From: Octopus vulgaris | Lineage: Eukaryota | Assembly: GCA_951406725.2 (NCBI GenBank) | Contig: OX597826.1 | Span: 47,368,001-47,432,000 of the forward strand | DNA length: 64,000 bases | Reading direction: 5' to 3' | Shown here: positions 23,309-36,706 of the stretch, in pieces | How the letters are laid out: the number at the start of each line of letters is the position of its first letter | Numbering within the stretch: position 1 is the first letter of the stretch | The notes under the pieces: generated by a model | The model's database searches: none | What the model saw: the letters and a program-made list of their open reading frames with translations, nothing else | Told to the model about the DNA's origin: nothing | Program-made: the position numbers and the translations under genes

Positions 23309-23717
23309 CTCTTACTCTTTTACTCTTTTACTTGTTTCAGTCTTTTGACTGCGGCCATGCTGGAGCACCGCCTTTAATCGAGCAACTCGACCCCGGGACT
23401 TATTCTTTTGTAAGCCCAGTACTTATTCTATCGGTCTCTTTTGCCGAACCGCTAAGTAACGGGGACATAAACACACCAGCATCGGTTGTCAAGCAATGCT
23501 AGGGGGACAAACACAGACACACAAACACACACACGCATATATATACATATATACGACGGGCTTCTTTCAGTTTCCGTCTACCAAATCCACTCACAAGGCT
23601 TTGGTCGGCCCGAGGCTATAGTAGAAGACACTTACCCAATGTGCCACGCAGTGGGACTGAACCCAGAACCATGTGGTTGGTAAACAAGCTACTTACCACA
23701 CAGCCACTCCTGCGCCA
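23309..23717 (-). mobile_element. SINE family A, full-length, near-consensus
   Basis: Complete head, core, microsatellite and (GTAAAAGA)n tail. Confidence 0.95.
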
Positions 23718-23878
23718 TGAAGATATTTTTTAAAAAACATTTCATGTAATTTTTCCACAATTGTTTTTCATGCTTTACTCTAAGTTGAAAACGTCGCAAA
23801 CACTGAAACCAGTACTAAAATGTTCTTCATGATAAAATTATTTTAGCATTTTCTACCTTGTCTTATTTTCCTTGTAAA

Positions 23879-23978
<100 letters not shown>

Positions 23979-24988
23979 TAATAGTGGCACAAATAACATG
24001 AGTATGCGTATAATACATCATGTCCAGTATACGAAAACACGTGATTGATATAACGCAAATTATAAGCAAAAATAAGCAATCAAAGACTTATACAGTGAAG
24101 ATAAATAGAACCAGAGAAGAAAACAGGAGAAAATGAAAGAATTTTTTACTAAATTGAAATTTTTGAAATATATATACATGCATGGTGCTCGAGTCATTTT
24201 GACAGACGATAGGCCGTGTCAATTTCTACATCATCCCTTTTAATCTCTATCACGTCTGTGTGTTTTGAAATGACTCTTTGCCACCATTTCTCGTTCCCTG
24301 CAGAATTTAATAAAGAGACAAGGTGAGCTAGATGGAATGAGACATCTGTTCGTCATTGGATTAAAGTGGCATACTTCTGTACGACACATATTCCATTCAC
24401 AAAGTATCAGTAACAAGAATTCAATGACAAGTATTGCAAGATGGCTGACAGTTATATCAACGGCAGGTTTGATTTCAGAGTACCTTCTCTGAGACATTTC
24501 CATCAGAAGGTACCGCCTACAAGTCAGCATGGATTTCAAGAAAGCATATTTGCACATAACTAAACGATAGCTATACTTACATTTCTGTACGTATACACAC
24601 AATCACACACACACATATATACGCATATTTAAATGGAACAATGGATCTCGAAGTATATATTAGTAGCATGATAGATATACCTGTAGACACACTTAAATAT
24701 ATAACACCATTGACTCATTTGAGTTCATGCTTCCTTTTATGGCCATTATTTTTTCATCCTTCAAGAATGACCTGATGCACCTGAGATATCCATTCTCAGT
24801 TACATGCACGCATACACACAAACACACATACACACACACGCCCATGTACCCGAATATAGACAGATACATACATAAATACATACATACACATACGCCAAGG
24901 CTGTGAAAGTTTTCAGAGCATTTATAAAGACAAGGTCTATATATAAGTAACGCAGGTGAATAGCACCTGCGTTTGACTCCATTTCTTA

Positions 24989-25042
<54 letters not shown>

Positions 25043-25047
<5 letters not shown>

Positions 25048-25202
25048 AGGCTACTTTCAGCTTCCGTCTACCAAATCGACTCACAAAGCTTTGGTTGGTC
25101 CGGTGTTACAGTAGAGGATACTTGCCCAAGATACCATGCAGTACGACTGAAACCGAAACCATGTTGTTAGCAAGCAAACATTTTACCACACAACCATGCG
25201 TG
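25043..25202 (-). mobile_element. SINE family A, diverged head half
   Basis: Similarity to the family A head. Confidence 0.8.
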
Positions 25203-26038
25203 CAATATAGGTATACTTTTATGTGTGTATGCGTGAGTGTGTGTGCGTGTATGTGAGTGAGTGAGTGAGTGTCTGTGTGTGTGTGTATACATACATGGGT
25301 ATATATACTCACGCTTAAGTGAGTACATATCACCCTAATAACGGTTTCGAGCAAGATACAGCAGTGCACACATGTCTCTTGTTAGCCTTGTTAATAAAAT
25401 ACAATGACAGACAATGTGATTTATTGAAGTTTGAACTATATTATCGCTATTTCTTATCGCTGTGTTTTATCGCTGTTTGTTATCGCCGTGTCATTTAAGT
25501 GATTATCTGTTTAGCAATGTGTAAGACTGTGGGATACAAAGGCATCCTAGTACATCACCGGAAAATGATTACTAATTTGAGAGTCACAAAAAAAAAAGGT
25601 TAAATGAAATAGATGTGAAAATAAGAGGTGAGAGAGGTGCATTTGGTACGTGATTTACTTCGCAGTAGCTGTTGTTGCTGCTGTTGTTGTCGGTTGTTGT
25701 TAATTGTTGTTGTTGTTGTACTTGTTCTTGTAGCAGTTGTCGTTGTTCTTTGGTAGGTGTAGTTTTTTGTTCTTGGTAGCAATGGTGATTACACTACTAG
25801 CTGCAGTGTACTACAAGAAACAAATCGCCTATGATGACGATGACGACGACCTTGAAGATGCTGAAGACGACGATGATGATGACGATAATGATGATACTGA
25901 TGATGATGATGATGATGATGATCCCTCCTGAAGATGAAGATGTAGGTGGCAAGTTTTTCCCGTCTTCTGATCGGCGGCATCGTACACAATAAAATTTACA
26001 CAAACACACACACACGCACACATATATATACATACGTA

Positions 26039-26144
<106 letters not shown>

Positions 26145-26208
26145 CATACATATATATACATACATACATTCATACATACATACATACATACATACATACA
26201 TACATACA

Positions 26209-26244
<36 letters not shown>

Positions 26245-26247
26245 TGT

Positions 26248-26433
26248 ATGATAGATCGCTAACCACTATAAATTCTTTATTTTCTCTCTGTTTCTTTCTG
26301 TGTTCCTTTCTGTGGAAGAGCGTAGGCTCGAAACGTTAAAGACTTTTTCACTTCCCGAGCGTTATACGAACACATCTGTCTCCTGTCTACATCACCTGTC
26401 TTCGTCTTTTGTTTTATTTTGTTAATTCTCCCC
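26248..26433 (+). mobile_element. (TA)n-embedded PLE-like short element, family C, with variant hammerhead (26306-26341)
   Basis: CTTT CTGTGGA A GAGC-gtag-GCTC GAAACGTT AAAG. Homologous copies at 29378-29574(-) and 51487-51570(+). Confidence 0.75.
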
Positions 26434-26810
26434 CTATATATATAGACACACACTTATATATATATGCATTCATATGTGTGAGTGTGTGTAAATGTATGTA
26501 TGTATGTATGTATGTATGTATGTATGTATGTATGTATGTATGTATGTATGTATGTATGCATGCATGAATATTTATAGGGGAAACGTTTACCTGGCAGAGA
26601 AATGAAGTGTGAAAGAAGGGAAGATGCGAAGGTGTAAGAAGAGGAAGAATGGAATGGAAGTATGAAGTGTAGGGGTAATTGTACAGAAAAGAAACTAAGA
26701 GAAAAGGAGCAAAAAACAAGAGACGATGGAGACATGATGGAGAAAGAAGAGAAAGAAGACGACCACGGCGACTTCGAAGACGACGAAAAAGGAGACAAAA
26801 GACAGGCAAC

Positions 26811-26811
<1 letters not shown>

Positions 26812-26908
<97 letters not shown>

Positions 26909-27009
26909 CTAGTACTAGTAGTAGTAGTAGTAGTGGTGGTGGTGGTGGTGGCAGTAGTAGTAGTAGTAGTGGTGGTGGTGGTGGTGGTGGTGGTGGTGGT
27001 GGTGGTGGC

Positions 27010-27049
<40 letters not shown>

Positions 27050-27057
27050 ATATGGCG

Positions 27058-27089
<32 letters not shown>

Positions 27090-27316
27090 GGTGGTAATAG
27101 TAGTATTAGTGGTAGTAGTAGTAGTAGTAGTAGTAGTAGTAATAGGAGGAGAAAGAAAGAAAGAAAGTGATGAAATTGATGATGCTGCCACTGCTGCTGC
27201 CGCCGCCGCCGCTGCTACCGCTGCTGCCGCTGCTGCTACTGGTGATGATGATGATGAAAATAATGTTCTCTTCCTTGTTCATCATCATCAACATCATCAT
27301 CATTATCATCATCATC
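26812..27316. repeat. Compound triplet microsatellite (TAG/CAG/TGG/TTG/GCC/CAT)n
   Basis: Directly visible. It is the source of the poly-S/G/V/A/H ORFs. Confidence 0.95.
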
Positions 27317-27859
27317 ACTTTCTTCACCCGCTTCACCATCTTTTCTGCGTTTCACCTGTATATCAATATGTCTCCTAATATCCGTTTATATATGTGCATA
27401 GTTTTTTGTAAGAGTACGTGTACATATGAGTATGTGAGTATGTATATGTCGATTCGATAAGAGCATACAGTATACGTGTGTACAGGTACTGGTGTAAGCA
27501 TATGTACTCGTATATATATACTAGTACGTGTAAGTAAATGTATACGTTACATGGCGAAGTGTATGCGTGTGTATAGGTGTTCGTATATATGAGTATGTAT
27601 ATAAATGTGTACGTATATGTTTGAGCATGTACATATGTGTATATGTATGGAATATGGAAGAGGAGACTGCAATAACACTTAATCATTAATGAGGTCTTCC
27701 GTAAGTGGTCTCTATATTCAAGTGAATAATAATGGCAGACGACATCACCTCTTTCTCGACGTATCTTTCTCTGCGTCTCTCTGTCTGTCATTTATCTCCC
27801 CACTTTTAGCTCTCGCGATTTACACACACGCGCACACACACCACAGATATATTTCTTTC

Positions 27860-28253
27860 TTTTTCTTTTCTTTTATTTGTTTCCGTCATTTGACTGCGGC
27901 CGTGCTGGAGCACCGCCTTAAGTCGAGCAAATCGACTCCGGACTTTATTCTTTGTAGGCCTAGTACTTATTCTGTCGGTCTCTTTTGCCGAACCGCTAAG
28001 TTACGGGACGTAAACACAGCAGTATCGGTTGTCAAGCGATGTTAGGGGGGGGGACACAAACACATACACATAGACACACATACACATACACACACACATA
28101 TATATATATACGACGGGCTTCTTTCAGTTTCCCTCTACTAAATCCACCCACAACGCTTTGGTAGGCCCGAGGCTAGAGTATAAGACACCTGCCCAAGGTG
28201 CCACGCAGTGGGACTGAACCCGGAACCATGTGGTTGGTAAGCACCCCTGCGCC
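27860..28253 (-). mobile_element. SINE family A, near full-length (A-box region deleted)
   Basis: Reverse-complement match to family A. Confidence 0.9.
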
Positions 28254-29279
28254 CGTGTGCGAAAATTAAAAACGCGTATGAAATGCACAAACGAACGATA
28301 GAGACAGAATGGCAAGTTTTTAAAAAATCATATACTAAATGCACAGACGAACGGAAAACAGACAGAGGATACCCCCATTTCCTAATCACTTATCACGCCT
28401 TTAACGATAATATTACTTCCCGTCTGGTGGCACCGGCTAGATCTGCCGGGAATATGGGACAGAGAACAGACAAACAATACATTGATAAGAAGAGATACAG
28501 AAGTGGACATACGAAAAGGAATAAATGTAATGCAAGATGAGATCTTTTGTGGACGTACAAGGGACAAGTACGAAATAAATAAACCAACGGAATGTAGCCT
28601 TAGGGCTGAATGAAGACGAAGTATGGGAGATCCTAAAAGATTGGAAATAGAATGGCAACGGAGAGCGAAACTGGTTGAAGTGGAGACTAGAGAAATTACG
28701 ACCGATTGCTTCTATGTATGTATGTATGTATGTATGTATGTATGTATGTATGTATGTATGTATGTATGTATGTATGTGTGTATGTATATACATATGTGTA
28801 TGCACATGTAGTAGCAGAATTCATTAGAATCTAGGCGCATCAACTCGTAGGGCGCCAGGACTGGCTAGGTACCATAACATTGAGTTTCCAGTAAGGTAAA
28901 ACAACCATTTCATGTCATTTGTCGGTAGTGTATTGCAGGTATATTTAATCTTTTATTTGTTTCAGTCATTATGCTGGGGCACCGCTTTGAAGAAGTTTTT
29001 AGTCAAATGACTCAACTCCACTACTTTTTCGACCCCAGTACTTAATATATCGATCGTTTTTGCCGCACTGTTACGTTACAAGAACATAAACACATCAACG
29101 CCGGTTGCGAAGCAGTGGTGGAAACAAACACAGATATTAAGACACACATATAAATGTATGTATATGTATATGTATATGTATATATATATATATACATACA
29201 CACACACACAGAGGACGTGTAGTAAATGCAAAAAGGAAATATATACATACATACATACATACATACATACATACATACA

Positions 29280-29315
<36 letters not shown>

Positions 29316-29377
29316 TATATATGTATATATATGTATATATATATATAAATATATATATATATGTATATATATATACA

Positions 29378-29574
29378 GGGAGAATTCAAAAAAAAAAAAA
29401 CCCCAAAAGACGAAGACAGGTGGTGTAGACAACAAACAGATGTATTAGTATAACGCTCGGGAAATGAAAAAGTCTTTAGCGTTTCGAGCCTACGCTCTTC
29501 CACAGAAAGGAACACAGAAAGAAACAAAGAGAGAAAATAAACAATGTGTAGTGGCTAGCGATCTATCATGGCGC
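29378..29574 (-). mobile_element. Family C element, second copy (hammerhead 29474-29509, cleavage-site U mutated to C)
   Basis: Reverse complement aligns along the length of 26248-26433, with (TA)n on both sides. Confidence 0.8.
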
Positions 29575-29580
29575 TATATA

Positions 29581-29657
<77 letters not shown>

Positions 29658-31247
29658 ATCTTTCTTTCTCTCCCACACCAGTGCATCCTTATCATCCTCT
29701 TCTTCAATATACCACATTCTTAATGCTGCCACCTGGTAAACTCTATATGCATCCTAATATCTATGGGAAAAAAACATACTTTTAAGAGTGTTGGATGTCC
29801 AATCTAGAGATGGCCACTTTGATTTTGAATTTATACCTATAATCGAGAACCCAGTGCGACATTTGGCAAATCTATGAGGGTCACGTAAGTATGAAAGTTC
29901 AATTGTCGGACAGGTATAGCAGTTCGCATAAATTCAGAAGTTATAGTACGTGAATTTTTACTATACATGTATATGCTTCGGAGGCATTGACCACTCATAG
30001 TTGACGTGTTAAAATGCTTGAAAGAGTCCACCAGAAATATCTCAAAAAATTACAGAATGTATAATGGCAAGATTTGCTCTCACATGCAGAAAAATTTCAG
30101 AGGGTTAGCTGTGTGCCTGTTGAGCCAAAATTAGTATAAAATCCGATGTGATGGACTTGGCACGTTATACACTTGTCAGACGTGAGACAGCCCTAGCAAT
30201 TATTTTATGGGAAATTGCAATTTGAAAAACGACCACATTACAAGCAAAATAAACCCTAAAAGGACTGTATTCACAACAACTTAGTGAAACTGAAAATAGC
30301 ATGTTCAATTCTGGGAAGAGAATGTTAGTGATTGAAACGGATTCGAGTCTCTGGGGAACGATGATCTTGCTAGCTTTGAGTCGAGCCAACCAAAAAGCAG
30401 TTTCTACAGGTAAAACATATTTGGAGAACGGGAGGAATATGGTTGCATCAGATGAGATTTAAGAGTTGGAAATGCAGACTTTGTGACAAATATCTCTTCT
30501 CGAAGGCTGGCTACGTAAACTTCATGGAACCACACTGTAATCTGCGAAAGGAAGGTGCATATAACAATGATTTAATGGTAACTACATCTGTGCAATACGT
30601 GGAAAAATATTTCTGAATAACCTTGTTTTAAAAAAGGACATAAATGTATAAGAAATAATATAAGCAAAGCAAGTTATATAACCATGTAGGAGTTTTGAAT
30701 CATATCTATCACATATAGTTATGGTCTGGCAGCTCTACTGTTGGTCTTGTGAGTTATCTCAGTGCACATAACTGGGATCATCGGGATGATTTAGATTGAG
30801 GCGGCTCATATCTGTCGAGACGAAGCGATCGTTTTCTATATGAAAGTTGAAAGGAGAAGCGAGACAGACAGAGGAATATAAAATAGATAATAATAGATAA
30901 TAAAAAGAGTACACAAATAGATGCAAGCCTCCAAGAACGATATATGAAACGAAAGTATAGATATATAGGTAAAGACACTGAAAGACAGAGGAAAAGAAAG
31001 TTGGCTAGGTAGATAGATAACTAGATAGATAGATAGATAGATAGATACATACATACATACATACATACATACATACATACATACATACATACATACATAG
31101 TTAAATAGATAGATAAAGAGGGATAGAGATAACTTAAGATATATTGTCTCCTGATGACCCATAGACTTGGTGGCTTCCGGTAAGGGAGCTCACAACTGGT
31201 AGCACTTACATGTGTAAGTTGTTTGCAAAACATATATATATATATGA

Positions 31248-31496
<249 letters not shown>

Positions 31497-31627
31497 TTAG
31501 AGACAAAACCACTATTTTGCAAATCAAACAAAGAAAGACTTAATCCAATACATAAAAACATTTTAATACAAATTAAATAAAATTATATTCGCCACTACAA
31601 TTGTATATATATATATATATATAATAT

Positions 31628-31937
31628 ATGTTCAGATACTGCAACAGCTTGGGTTTCAGAGGACCACAGCTCTTTAACATCCTCCCTAAATGCCTGAAAG
31701 ACTTACATGGTGTGGATGTGGGTTTCTTTAAAATTAAACTGGATCTCTTCTTGTCGGGAGTCCCAGACGAACCTACCTCACGACAGGAGACGCAGATGCG
31801 GGCAGCAGCATCGAACTCCTTGTTGATCAAGTGCCACGTATCAGAGGTGGATTCACATATTAGTGTAGCTCATTCAGCGGTGGTGCCCCAGCATGGCCGC
31901 GGCCTTCGGGCTAAAACATTTTTAAGGATTTAAGGAT
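31628..31937 (+). mobile_element. 3' end of a CR1/L2-group LINE (ORF2 C-terminus, 3' stem-loop, (TTTAAGGA)n tail)
   Basis: RYCNSLGFRGPQLFNILPKCLKDL...FFKIKLDLFLSGVPDEP fits the R...(W/F)NxLP...FKxxLDxxL motif that ends CR1/L2-group ORF2. 5'-truncated at a (TA)n tract. Confidence 0.8.
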
Positions 31938-32202
31938 ACATATAGCGATAAACATTATGTAAGTGATCAGCATTTAAACTAAGCAAATATCTATAATGAT
32001 AATGAGTCCAAAACCACGTTAGCCACTAATTAGCGGATTTAATATGTATTCTAAATCAAACTTCACAATACTTCTTATGCAATATATCAGACGTATTAAG
32101 GAATTCAATAAACACTGACGCAAAATGATATATTCAACAAAATGAATTATAGACATCAGGCTGAATAAGTAAATCTGTAAATCTCTCAAAGATAACATGC
32201 AA

Positions 32203-32287
<85 letters not shown>

Positions 32288-32379
32288 TATATATATATAT
32301 ATATATATATGTACTAATACGTTTGTATGCTTGTGTTAGTGTATATATAATTAGATATGCATACAGATATATACATACA

Positions 32380-32435
<56 letters not shown>

Positions 32436-32852
32436 ATATTAATCTTACTAAGAAGAATGTGAACAACCTTATGGCTAATTCTTCGAAATCTACTTTGTAT
32501 AGTATTTCAAAGGTTTGACTGAGAAAGTATTGAAAAGAAAAAAAAAAATGAGCAGAAATGAAAAAAAACAAAAAAAAAAACAAAGAAAACAAAAATGAAT
32601 GAGAAAAAAATATTCTATATATCAGCATTTTTATAAAAATTCTTTTATGTGGCATATTTGCTTATTCGCGTCCCTTTCTTGTTTGTTTTCGTTGTCGTTA
32701 TTGATGCTTCTGCTACGGTTGTTGTTGTTGCTACTGCTGCTGTGGCTGATGATGATCATGATTATGATAGCGATAATGACGACAGCCAATTTTTTAATTA
32801 TTTGTCCTCTGCTCTGTTCTTTTCTAATGCAGACACTGCGCGTTTGTGGTCA

Positions 32853-32910
<58 letters not shown>

Positions 32911-32935
32911 CATACACACCTATACATAAATACAT

Positions 32936-33057
<122 letters not shown>

Positions 33058-33851
33058 GATGGATACATACGTATTTATACGTATACACATATATGTGTAC
33101 ATATCTACATATATATATTTGTGTGTGTATGTATATATATATATACATGCATAGAGATATCTTGTATATAAATACATAAATACACATATATATACAACTA
33201 TATATATATATACACTCACATACATATATAGATATCGAAATATACATATATATGTGTGCGTGTGTGTGTGTGTGCATGCATGTATGTATGCATGTATATA
33301 TGTATGAGTGTGCGTGTCCGTTTGTATATGTTTATACAGGCATATACAATCAATGCGTATATATTACGTATTGATTGAGATTAGCTAGCAAGTAATATAA
33401 TAGTATATACATACGTAACGTACATTGACAAAGGCAAGAAACATATAGAAGACTATCTTGTCTAATCAGTAAACCAAAGATACAAAGGAGATTACATGTG
33501 AAAAGTAATTAAGTTAAAAGAAACGGTGGCTTCCTGCATAACGAAAATGGCGTCTCGGTAAGACACAAATTTAAGCTAATTTTCATTTCTCTTAAATAGC
33601 TAACTTTTAATATTAATGAAGGCGCTCAATACATGCATATATGCGCGCGCACACTCACACACATACATACAGGTTTTTTTATACACACCCCCACACCCAC
33701 ACAAACATATGTATGTATGTGTGTGTGTATATATATATGTATATGCATGTATATATATATATATATATATATGCACATAGATAGGTATAGATATAGACAT
33801 GCATACAAACATATATATATATATAATGTATGTATGCACGCACACTCACAC

Positions 33852-33930
<79 letters not shown>

Positions 33931-34299
33931 CGTTTATATATTTGTTGTGCAGTCGTGTGTCGTAACAGATATTGTTATATTTCGGAATGGTCATTTTGCC
34001 AGTTTAGCCAATAAAAACACACGCACTATATATTTGGTGTTATTTTGCTTCAGTGTTATTTATTTTTTACATTAATCTTAATCTTATTTCGGCCAGAGTT
34101 CTTTCGTCACACTCCTGTGACCGCACCAGTGGTCCTTTGATTTCTTCTTTCTTATTTGTGTCTCTCTTTACTAACCGTCAGCCATTTTGTATTTCTATTG
34201 TATGTCTTCATTTGCGCATGCTTATATCCCTATGTGCGTCTACCAAATATATAGTGCGTGTGTTTTTATTGGCTAAACTGGCAAAATGACCATTCCGAA

Positions 34300-34305
<6 letters not shown>
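33931..34305 (-). mobile_element. (TA)n-embedded element with 64-bp perfect inverted repeats and an internal variant hammerhead (34091-34135)
   Basis: 33975-34038 is the exact reverse complement of 34242-34305. Minus strand reads GGACCA CTGGTGC G GTCACA-ggag-TGTGAC GAAA GAAC TC^ TGGCC. Confidence 0.75.
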
Positions 34306-34350
<45 letters not shown>

Positions 34351-34540
34351 TACACATGTATAGTGGTTTCAAATTTTCGGCATAAAGCCAGCAATTTCGT
34401 GGACGTGCTAAATCGATCACATCGAGCCCAGTGAGTAACTGGTATTCATTATTTCGAACCCGAAAGAGGGAAAGGCAAAGTCGACGTCGGCAGAAGTTGA
34501 ACACATAACTTAAAGTCGAATGAAATGCCGCTAAGCAGTA

Positions 34541-34717
34541 GGCGTAGGAGTGGCTGTGTGGTAAGTACCTTGCTTACGAACCTCATGGTTCCGGGTTCAG
34601 TCCCACTGCGTGGTCCCTTGGGTAAGTTTCTTTTACTATAGCCACGGGCCGATCAAAGCCTTGTGAGTGGATTTGGTAGACCAAACAGAAAGTAGCCCAT
34701 TGTATATATATATGTGT

Positions 34718-34753
<36 letters not shown>

Positions 34754-34975
34754 GTGTATACGTTTGTGTGTCTGTGTTTGTCCCCTCAACATCGCTTAAC
34801 AACCAATGTTAGTGTGTGATCACGTCCCCGTAACATAGCGGTTCAGCAAAAGAGACCGATAGAATAGGTACTAGGCTGACAAAAAAATAAGTCCTGAGGT
34901 CGATTCTCTCGACTAAAGGCGGTGCTCCAGCATGGCCACAGTCAAATGACTGAAACATGTAAATGAGTAAAAGAA
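34541..34975 (+). mobile_element. SINE family A inserted into the head of a minus-strand family B SINE
   Basis: Family B body at 34365-34538; its head remainder resumes at ~34977-35010. Confidence 0.88.
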
Positions 34976-35078
34976 ACATTTTGCGTGCTGAAGATACTGC
35001 AATCTCGCCTTCTTTAACTACGTGTACATTGACATGCATACACATAGATGTACTTTCTATGAAATGCCGCTAAGCAGT

Positions 35079-35260
35079 AGGCGTAGGAGTGGCTGTGTGG
35101 TAAGTACCTTGCTTACGAACCACATGGTTCCGGGTTCAGTCCCACTGCGTGGCACCTTGGGTAAGTTTTTTTCTACTATAGCCACGGACCGATCAAAGCC
35201 TTGTGAGTGGATTTGGTCAACGGAAACTGAAAGAAGCCCATTGTATATATATATATGTGT
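35079..35260 (+). mobile_element. SINE family A head half, local duplicate of the 34541 copy
   Basis: Shares the 5' flank TGAAATGCCGCTAAGCAGTA and private substitutions with the 34541 copy. Confidence 0.85.
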
Positions 35261-35439
35261 GTGTGCTCGAACAAATGCTTCCGTACCAATCTATTATCTG
35301 CTGTTAGATATTCTTTTGACAGCAAACACGAAGTTTTGCGGCGAACCGTCTAAGCATGCGACATGTCTAGTTACTAGGACGCAAATATATACATAAATGC
35401 ATACACCTGCACGTATATTTGTATATAAAATATATACAT

Positions 35440-35867
35440 GGCGCAAGAGTGGCTGTGTGGTAAGTAGCTTGCATACCAACCGCATGGTTCCGGGTTCAGT
35501 CCTGCTGCGTGGCACCTTGGGCAAGTGTCTTCTACTATAGCCTCGGGCCGACCAAAGCCTTGTGAGTGGATTTGGTAGACGGAAACTGAAAAGAAGCCCG
35601 TCGTATATATGTATATATATGTATGTATGTATGTGTGTGTGTATATGTTTGTTTGTCTGTGTTTGTTCCCCCACCCCCACCCAAATCGCTTGACAACCGA
35701 TGCTGGTGTGTTCATGTCCCCGTAACTTAGCGGTTCGGCAAAAAAGACCGATAGAATAAGTACTAGGCTTACAAAGAATAAGTCCTGGGGTCGATTTGCT
35801 CGACTAAAGGCGGTGCTCCAGCATGGCCGCAGTCAAATGACTGAAACAAGTAAAAGAGTAAAAGAGT
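35440..35867 (+). mobile_element. SINE family A, full-length, near-consensus
   Basis: Complete head to (GTAAAAGA)2 tail. Confidence 0.95.
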
Positions 35868-36336
35868 ACATGTAGTATTGTACATCATGGATTCTCTCGT
35901 CGTTAAACGACGGATGAGTGTTCCGTAATTTTTTGATAGATAATTACACAGACGAACAACAAATACATATATATGCATATATTAATTTATTTGTGTGTGT
36001 GTGTAGGTGTGTGTGTATGTGTGTGTGTATGTGTGTGTGTAGGCGTGCATGTGTGTGTGTGTGTGTGTGTGTGTATTACACTGTCTGTGTAACTGTCCTC
36101 CACCACTCAACAACCGATGCTGGTATGTTTACGTCCCCGTAACTTAGCAGTTCGGCAAATGAGAATGTACTAAGCCTAGTACATAGAATGTACTAAGCTT
36201 TAAAAAAAGTGCTGGGGTCGATAATTCATTCGACTAAAAGTTCTTTAAGGCGGTGACTAAAACATTTATAAAGGAAATAAAGAGTAAAAAGATATGTGTG
36301 TGAGTACATACATACATATATACGGACATACATACC

Positions 36337-36383
<47 letters not shown>

Positions 36384-36652
36384 GCGCGCGCATACATACA
36401 CACACAAAAAGGAAAAAGAAATCTTTCTCTATGCGTATTTGCGTATTTGAGTATGAACACAATGACGATTTCAACGGACTTTGAACAAGAAACCCGAAGT
36501 CAGTTGTAAAGTATTTAAAAAAGCCAAACAATAAGTAATCCGAGCAAAACAGCAAAACCATGGATTCACGCACGTATAAATATATGTATGCATATATAAG
36601 CATAGAAACAAACAAACCAACACACACACGTACGCACACAAAACACACTCAC

Positions 36653-36706
<54 letters not shown>

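Noticed and set aside
26454-27378. 238-aa and 245-aa ORFs with poly-S/G/V/A/H or poly-L/P/T runs
   Set aside because: Compound triplet microsatellite open on both strands, with no splice or domain evidence.
29650-30780. Repeat-poor 1.1-kb stretch, possibly coding or a decayed L1/Tx1 remnant
   Set aside because: The frames I examined are interrupted and show no motif I can defend; needs tBLASTx.
31147-31200. CTGATGA followed by CCC...GGG
   Set aside because: No GAAA or NUH stem could be placed.
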